Positions 27,165 through 41,029 of a stretch of 64,000 nucleotides of DNA are shown piece by piece. A program made the position numbers and the translations under genes. A model generated the notes under the pieces. The model was not told where the DNA came from, did no database searches, and saw only the letters and a program-made list of their open reading frames with translations. This stretch comes from the human T2T-CHM13v2.0 reference genome, Homo sapiens: NCBI RefSeq assembly GCF_009914755.1, contig NC_060935.1. The stretch is one strand, 5' to 3'. Position 1 is the stretch's first letter. Each line of letters starts with the position of its first letter.

Positions 27165-28672
27165 TTTTTTTTTTTTTTTTTTTTTTTTTATTGATCATTC
27201 TTGGGTGTTTCTCGCAGAGGATTTGGCAGGGTCATAGGACAATAGTGGAGGGAAGGTCAGCAGATAAACAAGTGAACAAAGGTCTCTGGCTTTCCTAGGC
27301 AGAGGACCCTGGCCTTCCGCAGTGTTTGTGTCCCTGCGTACTTGAGATTAGGGAGTGGCGATGACTCTCAACGAGCATGCTGCCTTCAAGCATCTGTTCA
27401 ACAAAGCACATCTTGCACCGCCCTTAATCCATTTAACCCTGGGTGGACACAGCACATGTTTCAGAGAGCACAGGGTTGGGGGTAAGGTCATAGATCAACA
27501 GCATCCCAAGGCAGAAGAATTTTTCTTAGTACAGAACAAAATGAAGTCTCCCATGTCTGCTTCTTTCTACACAGACACAGCAACAATCTGATTTCTCTTT
27601 TGCCCACCTTTCCCCCTTTTCTATTTCACAAAAACCGCCATCGTCATCATGGCCCGTTCTCAGTGAGCTGTTGGGTACACCTCCTAGATGGGGTGGTGGC
27701 CGGGCAGAGGGGCTCCTCACTTCCCAGAAGGGGTGGCCGGGCAGAGGCGCCCCTCACCTCCCGGACGGGGCCGCAGCCGGGCGGAGGCGCCCCCCACCTC
27801 CCTCCCGGATGGGGCGGCTGGCTGGGCGGGGGCTGACCCCCCACCTCCCTCCCGGATGGGGCAGCTGGCCAGGCAGGGGCTGTCCCCCACCTCCCTCCCG
27901 GACGGGGTGGCTGCCGGGCGGAGACGCTCCTCACTTCCCAGAAGGGGTGGCTGCCGGGCGGAGGGGCTCCTCACTTCTCAGATGGGGCGGCTGCTGGGCG
28001 GAGGGGCTCCTCACTTCTCAGACGGGGCGGCCGGGCAGAGACGCTCCTCACCTCCCAGACGGGGTCGCGGCCGGGCAGAGGTGCTCCTCACATCCCAGAT
28101 GATGGGCAGCCGGGCAGAGACGCTCCTCACTTCTCAGACGGGATGGCGGCCGGGAAGAGGCGGTCCTCACCTCCCAGACTGGGCAGCCGGGCAGAGGTGC
28201 TCCTCACATCCCAGACGATGGGCAGCCAGGCAGAGACGCTCCTCACTTCCCAGACGGGGTGGCGACCGGGCAGAGGCTGTAATCTCCGCACTCTGGGAGG
28301 CCAAGGCAGGCGGCTGGGAGGTGGAGGCCATAGCTAGCCGAGATCACGCCACTGCACTCGAGCCTGGGCAACATTGAGCACTGAGTGAACGAGACTCCGT
28401 CTGCAATCCCGGCACCTCGGGAGGCGGAAGCTGGCGGATCACTCGCGGTTAGCAGCTGGAGACCAGCCCGGCCAACACAGTGAAACCCCGTCTCCACCAA
28501 AAAAATACGAAAACCAGTCAGGCGTGGCGGCGCGCGCCTGCAATCGCAGGCACTCGGCAGGCTGAGGCAGGAGAATCAGGCAGGGAGGCTGCAGTGAGCC
28601 GAGATGGCAGCAGCACAGCCCAGCCTCGGCTGGGCATCAGAGGGAGACTGTGGGGAGAGGGAGAGGGAGAGA
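27165..28672 (-). mobile_element. SVA retrotransposon (~1.5 kb; older B/C-like subfamily by recall)
   Basis: Poly(T) 27165-27189, SINE-R to ~27680, GC-rich VNTR ~27690-28270, Alu-like domain ~28275-28650, short (GAGAGG)n hexamer at 28654-28672. Confidence 0.96.
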
Positions 28673-28704
28673 ATTTTTTTATTTCGAGAGTCATTTTTTA
28701 ACAA

Positions 28705-28985
28705 TTAAAAAAATTTTTTAAATAGAAAATTGTATGTATTTATTGTGTAGAGCAGGCTGTTTGAAATATATATACATTGTGGAATGGTTAGAACTAGCTA
28801 ATTAACAGATGCATTCTCTCACATAGTAATAAATTTTGTGGTAAGAACACAACATCTCTTCTCTTTGCATTTTTCGAAGACTACAAGATACTTCATTAAT
28901 TCTAGTCACCATGCCATACTATAGATCTTGTGAACTTACTCCTACAGTCTAACTGTAATTATATATCCTTTGACCGACATCTCCT
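28705..28985 (-). mobile_element. L1MA-type 3' end
   Basis: aaaattgtatgtatttattgtgta...tatacattgtggaatgg...tagtcaccatg...atagatctt...atcctttgacc. Confidence 0.7.
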
Positions 28986-29974
28986 TATCATTTTGATACA
29001 TGGCTGTTCCTGCCATCAGGGCATCTTCAAAAGACCCAGGGCCTTGATCAAAGAGGGGAAAGAGTATGAGTGGGTCTGAGAGGCCAGAGTGCCTCCTGCC
29101 TCCATAGGCCATCGTCCCAATTGGCAGGGGTCAATCTTGTTGGCCTTCACTTTGGGAAACCTGGCCTCTACCTGTCTGCCTGTTGCTGCTGCCTTCTCAA
29201 AGGCCCTTTCAACACAGGTCTTCCTTATACATAAAGGGCCATGGCAGGCCCAGCTAAGCCAGAGCCTGATTGCAGCTTTTACCCAAGCCTGACTTCACAC
29301 TTACTTTTATCTCCTGATCCTGTCAGCTCTTGCCTTTTTAGTTCACCAATCCCTAGATTTTGATACTGACTCAGTTTGGCAACTTGCTTGGATTCCTTCC
29401 CTGTTTACTGACTTCAGAGCTTCCTGGCTGCTCCTGCCAGTCCTCCTGTACAACATCCTCATTGGCAGGACAGCCCTTCCTGACCTCAGGGGAGATTCTG
29501 ACCTTTGCTTTACTAGTCTCCTTGACCTTGACTTTTTGATACACACTGATATTTTTATTTTCCTGCCCTCCTTTAACTGCAAGTTGGATCCATGACAGTT
29601 TTGGGGGGTTGCTCTGGACCTCTCTGGAGTTAGAGCTATGCAGCAGTGGAAATCTCTATCTGCAGTTGAGCTTAAGGCTTCACTTGCAGGAGCTCTGAAA
29701 TCTAGATTTCAGATTCTAGAGATGAAGACGAATACAACTTTTGCAGGATCCACGAAGCTGTTAAATGCACAAATTATATGACTGAGGCTTGCTGTAAAGC
29801 TCATTCCTGCTAAGCACCACATGAAAAAGGTGACCCAGTATTTGTAAGATGAAAAATCACTAGGATTAACCAAAATGTCACCTCCTTCAAAAGACGGTGT
29901 GCTCAGGTATCACCTGCAATAATCCCTCAAGTGGGAGGCCAGGTGGGATGCTGGAAAAGCCTTGGAGTCTGAGC

Positions 29975-30431
29975 TGAGTATCTTCTATTGGCTTCTCGGG
30001 AAACATTCTCTCCCCTCCCTTCACTCTACTGTGTCTGAGCAGGCTGACCTGCATGGGCTGCATCTGTGGGCTTCTTTGCCATCTGGATTTTTTTTTGAAT
30101 TTTATTAGGAAGAACAGGCAGGGGAAGGGAGGAGGAGAAGGTATCTATTCCCCTGTCTTCTTCACTGTGGGGTCACCTTGGGCTGGCTGTGACCTTTGAC
30201 TGAAAGCCACAGGCCCTATTAGGTGGTTCTTTTTGGCTTCCTTGCTCTTTAATGCCAGAAAGGGAAGAGCTTTTCCCATCTTCTTTTTACACACTGTGAG
30301 GTGCCACCATCCCTCACAGTTTATGTACTCCTTGCCTGTACTTCTGTAAACAATGCCGTTTAATCTATTATTCTCTTTGCAAATGACCAAAGTACAGTAT
30401 ACTGAGTTTCCCACAGGACCCTGACTGTTAC
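29975..30431 (+). mobile_element. LTR33-like ERVL solo LTR
   Basis: aggctgacctgcatgggctgcatc...ggctggctgtgacct...ends caggaccctgactgttaca. Confidence 0.55.
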
Positions 30432-32554
30432 AGATCCTAAGTCAGAAACCCTGGCTCACTCTCTGGCTTCACCACTTCCTAGCTGAGTGCTCTTGGGTGT
30501 ATTTCTCAACTCCCTTGAATCTTGGGTTTCTTTTCAGTAAAATGGGGATGGCAGTCATTCTTGCTTCTGTCTATACCACCCTCCTGCCCCCTGCCTTCAA
30601 GGAAGAAGACAAAGAGTGTACAAATGTTATGTAAACTGTAATGTACCGTGCACAAAGGAGGAGTTACCATCTCTGTGATGCGCGAGGAGCTTGAAGTGGG
30701 AATTGGGGAAAGCAGAAGGCTTTGAGGCTAGAGCATTCAGGTCTCCAGATGGGACTCTGCATCCTCACCTGCTCCTCAGCACAGCCAATGAGAAGCACAT
30801 CTGGCAGGAGAACAGGACCTAACAAAATACCCTCCAAAGCTGAGGCCACAGGACCGCCTGTTCTATTCACCTTAGCCCACAGGTCCAACTCATCTGGAAA
30901 ACAGATGAGAGCTCCTCTAATTACAGACAAATTATGTAGGGATGACATTAGACTCTGGTAAGATGGACTCTCTGGTAAGGCCTTTGGAAAATAAAGTTAT
31001 GTGGTCCAAAAGGAGTAAGCTGTCAAAATGGTGCTGAGAAACAGATGAAAAGGCCAATTTCTGGCCTTTTGTTTTTCAACATTCACAGAATACAGTATTG
31101 GCAAGAGTAAATCCTGTTATTTGTGTCTGGATAATCTGACACTTGTTGCTAAAAGGAAATGGCCATGGCATTTATATTGGAAATTTCCTTGGAAGGCCTT
31201 GTGCATGAGCTTCTGGAGGGAGGTGGCACCCCCTCTAGCAGATGACTCTTTATCACGTCAATCACCTCATCTTCTTTTATTGTCTTTGAAGGACTATTCA
31301 TTGTGTAAAATTATCTTGATCAGTTACCTGTTTACAATTTTATGATGTCTCTCATTCTTTCCTACCTGTAACCCTTGCCTCCAATAAGGAAATCAGCTCC
31401 TCGAACTTATTTTAATGCTGAGTTCCAAGCACTTGGCTAAATGCCTGGCACAGAGTGGACATTCAACAATATTTGTTGAATGAATAAATGAGAGAAGGAT
31501 TACTATGCATAGCTGGCTATGTTGGGCACAAGACAGAATTCTGGGTCTTTAAGGAGCTCACATCTAACGTCTAATATCTTTCCACAACTTTGGGGCAATG
31601 GACATAAACCCACAACTCCAAGACATTAAATACTCAGGGCCCCAAAAGAAGCAAAGGCACAGATCAACTGTTATAGGATTAGAAAATGGGAGACTTGACT
31701 TCCAGTGGAAATGAGGGGAAAGTAGAATGAACAGAGGTTTAAGAGAAAGGCTGTGTTTATATTCAGATCCCTAATTTCTCAATGGTTTCCTTTTGCTTCA
31801 GTTATTTGGGCCACAGTTTTCTCATTAAAAAAAAGATGATGATTGACTCTATGTCATGGGTTTAACTGAAGTAATGCATGGAAAGCAGCTGGGCACATAG
31901 TAAGCAGTCAGCAAATGTTAATTATTATTATTGTTAGCAGCAGTAGTAGGATAAGGAGGAGGAGAAAGAGGAGGAAACGTTTATGAACGAAAATTCAGTG
32001 AATCCTGGCCAGTGGATGAAAAGACTTGGGTTCCAGCTTTTGTCTTGCTATTCAACTCTGTGGTGATGTTTGAAAGAACTTCCGTTTTCTGGGCATCATT
32101 TGCAAAATGAGGAGTTTGAACTTGCTGATCTCTGGGTATCCTCAAATTATTATTAGTTTGCATAGAGTTGGGCTTGAAGGATGCATAGTATTTGTGTTTA
32201 AGAGCATACGGTGTGCATATGGAGGAATAACTTTCCTTCTTATTTTTATTTGTTTCTGCCTATGCCAAAAGGTTATTTAATTAAGAGAAAATAATCACAT
32301 GTCTCTTGAGATCCTTCTACTCCAGTACCTGCACACTTTGGATACAGAGGAGCAACCAATCAAATATTCGTTGGTTGCTTGGCTGACTTATTTGGTTGGA
32401 TATTAGAAAGAGTCTCAAAATTCCATTTTTAAAATTTCTAAATTGTGAATGAGACATTTATTTATTTTACCCTCACTCATATATACTTAGGTAAACACAG
32501 AGAAATAGAGGGAGGGTGGAAGAGAAGAAAGAGGATGTCGAAAAGGACCGAATA

Positions 32555-32780
32555 ATATTTATCAGTTGTTTACAGTGTGTCAGGGGTTTACATATAGCAT
32601 CTCATTTGACCTTCAGAACAATCCTGTGTGATGTGAGAGCAGATGTTTTTAAGGCATCTTCATTTCCATTTTGACTTTGAGACAGTAGGATCAGGGAGGT
32701 TTAACCTGTTTAAGGTCCTAGAAGCAGGAGGCATGTTAGAGGTGGGATTGAAACCCAGACCTCCATGACTCCCAAGCCAT
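32555..32780 (-). mobile_element. MIR SINE
   Basis: tttacatatagcatctcatttgaccttcagaacaatcctg...gggattgaaacccagac. Confidence 0.55.
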
Positions 32781-32791
32781 CATATTCTCAC

Positions 32792-33208
32792 GTGCTAAGT
32801 GAAATAAGCCAGTCACAAAAGGACAAATATTATAAGATTTCATCTATATGAAATATCTAGAATAGGAGCATTCATAGAGACAGAAAGTAAATTAGAGGTT
32901 TTCAAGTGCTGGGGGGAGGGTGAATGGAAAGTTATTGCTTAATGGTTATAGGGTTTCTGTTTGGGATGATAAAAAGTTAAGGAAATAGATAGTGGTGATA
33001 ATTGCATAACATTGTGAATGTAATTAATGTTACTGAATTGTACAATTAAAAATGGTTAAATGGTAATTTTTTGTTATAAACATCACAATTTAAAAAATTA
33101 ATGTTATATATCAAAAACATTGAAATATATAGCTTAAATGGGTGAATTGTACATGAATTATATGAATGAGTAAATGAAATAATTATATTTCAATAAAGCT
33201 ATTAAAAA
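32792..33208 (+). mobile_element. L1MB-type 3' end
   Basis: tgctaagtgaaataagccagtcacaaaaggacaaata...gtttctgtttgggatgat...tcaataaagctattaaaaa. Confidence 0.8.
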
Positions 33209-35994
33209 TCGCAATGCAAGGAAATAAAAGAAAACCCAAATATACATATTGAGTAGGTCCATTATAAATCTGGGAAAATCAATCTGTAAAATAAACTCTG
33301 AGATATATCCTCATAAAAGTATTAAATTTTATATAAAAGAGAAGAAATTTCATGATCTTAAGGCAAAAAGACCTCACAAAGGAAAAAAATTCAGGTTGCC
33401 ATCAGACATTTTGACAGCAATGTACAAAACAAGGCAAAAGTAGCATTTTCAAGAAAACTCGAGGAAAGATTGAGTGGGAAGCAGTTCCCTGTTTGACAGC
33501 TGAGTTAAGTGTTGGTGTATTATATAGCCAGTGAAGTGCTAGGAAGGTGTCTGGAACCAAGGGTCCAGCGGTTGGAAGCAAAAGAGTATATGAAACTTTT
33601 GGGAATTGCAAATAATTAGCAATTCAGTTTCTGTAAAGTGAAGTGGAGAGGCTCATAAGGCCTTAGATTTCATCAAGTAGTTCATTTATTCATTTGTTTA
33701 CTTAACTGATGTTTCTTGAGTGTGTTAGTATTAAGTGCCTAGTAATGCCCAGTCAGTTATATGTTACTGAGAGAGAGAGAGCATTGTTTATGATATCTAT
33801 ATAAAGGGAGGAGGAGAGGTTAAAGAGACTAGGGGAATGTGCATAGAAATTTTCATTTATGCATGGAAATGTATGGCATTTACTTGAGTAATTCTTCAGC
33901 TATTCCAAACATCCTCTTTCAAATGAAAATTTGCATTTCAACCTTTTCATCAACCTAGTATTCAAAGTGCTGATGGACAATTAATCTATGTAAGAGGCAG
34001 AGACAACTGAGCCAGTTCATCCATTTGATCAACATTGTACAGTTGTAGGGAGATGGCTGTGTACAGGAACTGATCAGATGGATACAATTTGAGTGCATAA
34101 GTGCAAAAATAGGTGAAATGAGAACTATTCTTGAGCATATATTTTGTGACATGAGCTGCTTTAGGTACTGGGGATACCAAGGCAAATAAGAGCTGGTTTC
34201 TGCTTTTCAGTTGCCCTAAATCTATAAAATGCTGATTACATCACAGGGTGTAAGTAAGGTAAGTACCAGGTATGGTGAGAAGAACAGAATTGTTATCTTT
34301 ATGTGTACTGCTGAGTGGTCATGCCAAGACTTATCATAGTGCTTCATCTGAGTTTAGAATTGCTTGCCTTATAGCGTATCTTCCTGCATACTTTTGTGTT
34401 AGTTAGGATGCTCTAGTTGTAAGTAACAGAAATCAACTTGAATACCTTGAGCAAAGAAGGTGAGGTTACTAAAAGGTTACCAGATTATCTCATGGAATGG
34501 ACATAAGGAAAAGGATGTAGCTGGATCAATGGAAAGATGTGGAAAATCAGTAAACATTCAGGTGACTCAGTATCACTTCACTTATGCCTGTTTATGTTTG
34601 TATTGGTGACATTTTCAAAGCAGTTACTGTTCATGGCCTCATTGAGCCTCAACATAAATAGGTAAGTAGGGCAGGCATCATTTTCTTTATGTAAGAGGTA
34701 AGGAAATAATCCAGGAAAAGGAAATGATTTGTCTAAGGCTACATCCCAAGTTCAGTGGTTAAGTCCAGAATTTAGAATAGCGGTCTCTAACTCTTGGGTT
34801 TATTCTTTACCCATTAGTTTTCTTCAAAACTTTGTCTCACTACTATGCAGTTTTTTTCCTTCTTCGAATTCTCTCACCTTTTTAATTTTTATTTTATCAT
34901 TCATTTGGTCTTGGAAATTAAAGGAGTCGCCTGTGTGTCCTTAATAATAGGCTTATTTGAGACATCTCTGGCAACTATCTTTAATTTATATTCTGTAACC
35001 TGAACATGAAGGGGCCACCAAGAAAGGAGATAATTAAAGAGAGGATGGGAGATCTCAGTCATCTCAGTGATTTTCTTATTATCATCCATGAAGTACCTTA
35101 CCAGACATGGGCCATTATAGTTTAAATGATGAGTTGGAGTTTGAAAAGGATTTGGAACTTCATCAGACACTTTCCGAGCTTGTAGCCCATTGTTTTCCAA
35201 ACTTCAATTTTTCTTCCACAATGAACAATAACTTTTTGATTAAACAGCTGGCAGTTACTATTGAATGCCTCACATTTAATAACAAAAGTCTTCCTTCAGA
35301 ACAGGAAATTTTATCTAAATTGCTTTGCTCTTCTTCCATGATTGTGAACTTCTAAAGTCTGACAGGACTGATAGCTGGAAAAAATAAAAATTTCTTTCAA
35401 GAAGATGATGATTGCTTTTTAAAAGAAAGAGCCCCAAACTAAATGAATAATTCGGTGTGCTTGCTACAAAGCAGAAGTCAAGGCACACAAGTTATCCTCT
35501 CTGTAAACATTATTAAAAAACAATCAAGTTTGTATTGGCACATTTATATTGGGAAGATTGTAGACAGCAGCTGAGAGAAAGAGTAAAAAAAGCACCGCTT
35601 GGTAGTTAGGGACCTTCTTCACTTTTTGTTTTTGTTCTTAATAGAAGTAGCTACCATTATTCAGCTAATACTGTGCTATGCCCTTAATATATTAATTAAT
35701 TAGTACTCCAACCTGAATCCCTTCCTGCCCTCCTGCTAGTACTTCCCTTTGACCGAAACCAAGTGGAACCAAAAGGAGAGGAACTTTTGATACAGGTCAG
35801 TCTCCTGTGGCCCAAAGCCAGGCAAAGAGGGGTGGAGAGTGTATCTGGCTGGGACACATGGAGAATATTCAGCTCGCCTTAATTTTATAATAAATAAAGT
35901 CATTTGTTTTGCTGTTCATCTGCCCTATAATGCAGTCTCTAAGAGGACAGGGATATAATATTATTTTCAAAATAAATTTACTGGTGTCTGCCTA

Positions 35995-36056
35995 TATATT
36001 ATCTATCTATGTATCTATCTATCTAATCTATCTAATCTGTCTATTCATCCATCATC
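35995..36056. repeat. Imperfect (TATC)n microsatellite
   Basis: tatctatctatgtatctatctatctaatctatctaatct. Confidence 0.75.
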
Positions 36057-36276
36057 CAAACAACTATCATTAATGGGCATAGTCAGGAGAACTCTTTCAT
36101 TTCTTTATAATGCTTTGCAAAATGGTGGGACACTGCAGGAATTTTTCTTTTATTTGTACTACTTTCTCATTTTTTTTTTTAATTCATGTAGAAAAACCTC
36201 TAGAAACTGTCCTGCAGAGGAAAATCCCCTCCCTATGCCTCTTACTTTGCCTCGGAGATGCTTTAAGAAGAGGCCC

Positions 36277-36596
<320 letters not shown>

Positions 36597-36713
36597 CTAC
36601 TTCCATCATAGGCTTGCTTGGAGCTATATCCTGTGGCTGGGGAAGGAGCTCCCAGCCAAGCCTGACTCTGCTGCTCAAGGGCAGATAATACCAAATGAGT
36701 CCTCTATCAGAGA

Positions 36714-37020
36714 TTTTTTTTTTTTTTTTTTGGAGACATGGTCTCACTCTGTTGCCTAGGCTGGAGTGCAGTGGCACAATCTGGGCTCACTGTGGCCTCA
36801 GCCTCCCTGGGCTCAGGTGATTCTCCCGCTCCCACCTCAGCCTCCTGGGTTACTGGGACCACAGGTACCTGCCACCGTGCCTAGCTAATTTTTATATTTC
36901 TTGTAGAGATGATGTTTTGCCATGTTGCTCAGGCTGGTCTAGAATTCCTGGGCTCAAGTGATCTGCCCACCTTGGCTTCCCAAAGTGCTGGGATTACAGG
37001 TATGAGCCACATGGGGCCAG
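36714..37020 (-). mobile_element. AluJ
   Basis: Poly(T) then ggtctcactctgttgcctaggctgg...cctgggctcaagtgatct (J-type). Confidence 0.9.
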
Positions 37021-37210
37021 GCTGGCACCTATAAGTCTGATTTTGTGAGGGGCTTATGAATTTGTATTTTTGAAAAGCTTATGAGGCTATCCCACTGCCT
37101 AGTAAAGTTTGGGAATTGCCAAGAGACCTTTGGTGGTTTCCAAAGTCCTGAAAGAGTCAGAAAGTCAAAGAATACTAATCCCTGCTTGAATGTGGAGATG
37201 CCAGTGTTTG

Positions 37211-37212
<2 letters not shown>

Positions 37213-37258
<46 letters not shown>
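37213..37258. repeat. Perfect (GT)23 microsatellite
   Basis: Uninterrupted GT dinucleotide run of 46 nt. Confidence 0.97.
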
Positions 37259-37260
<2 letters not shown>

Positions 37261-37796
37261 TCTATGCTGTACAAAGACTTCATGGAGAGGGAGCAAAATA
37301 ATTCCTGTGTTCCTTACCATAACTGCTAGTCCCTGATATATTTTGTATGGGTTGTTTGGGAATGGTCAATCATCAGGCCTTTAGAGAGACATTCATTTGC
37401 TCTGGGAAGCTTTAAACCAGTACATGAGGATGTCACACATGCTCACTGAATGACAGATGGCTTTTGGATTCTTACATATTAATATAACAAGTAGCAGATA
37501 GTGGTTGGATCAGAAGACCTTCAATGTCCTTTCCAACCCTGAGAGTCCTGGTTACCAATGTCTGTTTTATGTGAGCAGCAGGCTTTTGATTTATTATCAC
37601 TGGAAACTAACACCTAAATCTTCATCTAGGTGAATAATAATATGGGTTTGCACTAAATTATCACCCATTTGTGAGCATCAGCAAGTGTTTTGGAGGCAGC
37701 CAGCCTGGGGTATAATTGAACACTAGGAGCAGCACATTTTGCTCTGAACCTCTGGAAAAGATGGGACCGACGACTGTGGCCTTGATGTAACCTCAA

Positions 37797-37815
37797 TGGC
37801 GCCATCTAGGGAGTG
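37797..37815 (-). promoter_or_regulatory. Candidate CTCF motif
   Basis: Reverse strand reads CACTCCCTAGATGGCGCCA, close to the CTCF core CCASYAGRKGGCRC; the CpG is retained. Confidence 0.45.
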
Positions 37816-38312
37816 ATTTCACAGGTTAATGCTCCCCTCTCTTCCTATAAGATTGTGGCTTTTAAGCACCTCTTTTATAGAAATTGTGAAGCTAACACTA
37901 GATACTATGTTCTAACCAGTTGAGCCAAGTGGCTTCAATGAGGTTTTTGGTATTTTGTCTGAAAATATTTCAAACTAAAATGTCTTTTAGATTATTCTGT
38001 GAAGATAAAGGCATTGATCTCACCTAAAAACATTAATAATGTTCTGTTTGTGAAAAGCATTTTAGACTTTACAAAGTACTTTTACAGAGCAGATGATCTG
38101 TTTTGTGCTTACACGGAAAATCCTGTGTGGTAGATGTTGTTATTAAAGGTTTACGGATGAAGAAACAAAGGACTCAGAGAGGTTTAGTAACTTGTCCCAA
38201 GTCACAAAACATAAAAGTAAAGGTAAGACACAAATGGGAATTTTCTGGCTCTAGTCTGATGATCTTTCCCTGGCTGATGCTGTTTGTGTAACCCACTGGT
38301 TGAATATTTGAC

Positions 38313-38609
38313 TTTTTTTTTTTTTTTTTGAGACAGGGTCTCACTCTGTTGCCCAGGCAGTCCATCGGTGCAGTCACAGCTCACTGCAGCCTCGACCCCC
38401 CAGGCTCAAGGGATCTTCCTGTTTCAGCCTCCCCAGTAGCTTGGGCTACAGGCACACACCACCATGCCCAGCTAACTTTTTTATTTTTTGTAGAGATGTG
38501 GGTCTTCCTATGTTACCCAGGCTGGTCTTGAACTCCTGGGTTCGAGCAATCCTCCCTCCTTGGCCTCCCAAAGTGCTGGGATTGCAGGCATGAGCCATTG
38601 AACCCGGTC
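38313..38609 (-). mobile_element. AluJ
   Basis: Poly(T)-gagacagggtctcactctg...cactgcagcctcgacc...ccaaagtgctgggattgcagg. Confidence 0.9.
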
Positions 38610-38618
38610 TGAGTTTAG

Positions 38619-38937
<319 letters not shown>

Positions 38938-39179
38938 TGAGGGTTTTTAGCCAGTGTGGCATGGCAGAAGTTTACACCTGGATTTGAATTTAGAATTCAC
39001 CATTTACTGAATAGTATTTAGTCGAGTCACTTCATCTCTGTGAACATCTGTCAATTGAGTATAGCAATGCTTGTCTTTTAGGGTTATTGAAAGGATTATA
39101 AAGTCTGTAAACTTTTGGCCTATAGGAGGTGCTAACTCAAAGGCAGCTCTTATAAATTTTGAGACAGTGCCTCTCCATC

Positions 39180-39950
39180 TCTCTGAGTTTGAGGCTAATT
39201 GTCCTTCATCATCTGCTGAAACACCCTTCAGAGACTGGAAGTTCACTGCCTTCCAGGAGTGCCCCTTCCCTCTGTATACTATAGTTCTGACTGCTAGAAA
39301 ATTTTCTCTATCTTGAGCTCAAAGTGCCTCCTTATAGCTTCCACCTGTTGGTATCAATTTTCCCTCTTGGTGCTGCACAGAGCAAGTTCAATTCCTCTTC
39401 TACACGATGGTCTTCCAAATACTTGAAGACCTTATTATGGCCTCCCTAATCTTTACTTCTTCAGACAGAACATCTCTGTTCCTTCAACTGTTCATCACTT
39501 GATTTGTCTCACAATGCCCTCACAATCTTTTCTGATTCCTTCTGAAGTATGTCTGTTTATTATCTGAGAAGTTCCTAGAACTAAATGCGATTATCTCTGG
39601 ACAGATTGACTCAGAATAAAATGAGATAATTACTTTCGTCTCATGGTACACTTTAAGATCACAACATCCTTTTTGACAGCTGATCTTAGCTCGCTGTTGA
39701 CCAAAAAGGTGTTTATTTTATTTTATTTTAATTTTTTTAATATGTATTTCTGTTTACCCTTAGATCTCACATTCTGTTTTTAAGCAGCATATTTACCCTA
39801 ACTTTGGACCCTTTTCATTTTTCCGTGTGAAATTTCATCTGATTTGGCCCTAATTCCTGCCTATTAATATCTCTTTTAATCCTGATAGTGTTGTGCTAAA
39901 TCTGTCATGATTGAAACCATCACACCAGCTTCAAATTTTCCAGCATGTTT
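39180..39950 (-). mobile_element. L3/CR1 LINE fragment
   Basis: gaagttcactgccttccagg...ctgactgctagaaaattttc...tcttccaaatacttgaagac. Confidence 0.5.
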
Positions 39951-39967
39951 AAGAAGCCTATATTCTA

Positions 39968-40150
39968 GCCAGGTATAGTAGCATGCACCTATAGTCCCAG
40001 CTACTTGGGAGGCTGAGGTGGGAGAATTGCTTGAACCCAAGAGTTTGAGACCCTGTCTCTTTGCATGCCTATATCAAAACATCTCATGTATCCCGTGGAT
40101 ATATACACCTACTAAGTACTCACAAAAATTTTAAAAAATTAAAAATAAAC
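39968..40150 (+). mobile_element. Alu monomer fragment (FLAM-like, 39968-40040) fused to an L1PB/L1MA 3' end (40041-40150)
   Basis: gccaggtatagtagcatgcacctatagtcccagctac...gagaccctgtctct joined directly to ttgcatgcctatatcaaaacatctcatgta...; degenerate flanking duplication. Confidence 0.7.
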
Positions 40151-41029
40151 AATGAAGCATACTTTCTATTATTTTGTCAAATCACAGATACAAATACTAG
40201 TGAGGACAGACTTATATGATCTGGTTATTTGACCCTGGTACATAATCACAATCATCTCAGAATGATATCTGGATCGTGAATTTTAAGCAGAGAGAAGGGT
40301 TGGTAAGAAGTAGTGAAAGAGTGATATTAAGGACATAAAATATGGTTAAGAAGAAAAAGCACCCTTATTATCATTAGAGATCCAGATGAGGAGAGAAAAA
40401 GAAAACAGTGAAATTCAGTTGCTGGGCAAGAAAAAGCATGAACGTGACAAGGGTTTCCTAAGGGGATGAAGCAGGTCACACGCAGGCTTGATCTCTGAGA
40501 AGACCTCTCTCCTCTCTGTGAAGGGTGTTGACACCCTGCTCTCAAACCCCCTCCCACAGTGTTTGCTGATCTCATTTGAACACTTCTGACTTCTCATTTA
40601 TCACAGCAAAGGCATCTCCTTGCAGACTTCAACTGTGTGCCTTCTCTTTTTTGTTTGCGTTTGTATTTACAGACAGTTGTTAAGGAACCTGCTGAGCCTT
40701 GTTATAGCCCTTCTTCCCATGCTCTATGTGGATTTAGCTTGGAATTCAATCCTTACCTGTTGGGGGCATACTGTATTCATCCCCATAGTCTCTCTTCCCA
40801 TTACAGTCTGTGTTTTCTGATATAATGCCTGAGGTGCATTTTTCAATTTTGTCATTTTCTGAGTGTCATCTGGATTTGTTAAACAGATTGGCAGGAGGAG
40901 ACTACAGAGTTCCTCTTTGGGCCATTCCTTTCATGTCCTGGTTTCAGCCCTGTGTGCTGTGTGTTCCATGTGAGCAGTTAATTAACAACATCCAGGCAGC
41001 CTGATATGGAATTCAACAGATAGTTCATC

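Noticed and set aside
27355-28701. Long overlapping GC-rich ORFs (up to 229 aa) and a regularly repeated array
   Set aside because: These come from the SVA VNTR, SINE-R and Alu-like domains. The array has no unique spacers or cas genes, so it is not CRISPR-like.
34901-35355. Protein-looking ORFs on both strands, possibly a processed pseudogene
   Set aside because: I recognise no family, poly(A) tail or TSD. A BLASTX search would settle it.
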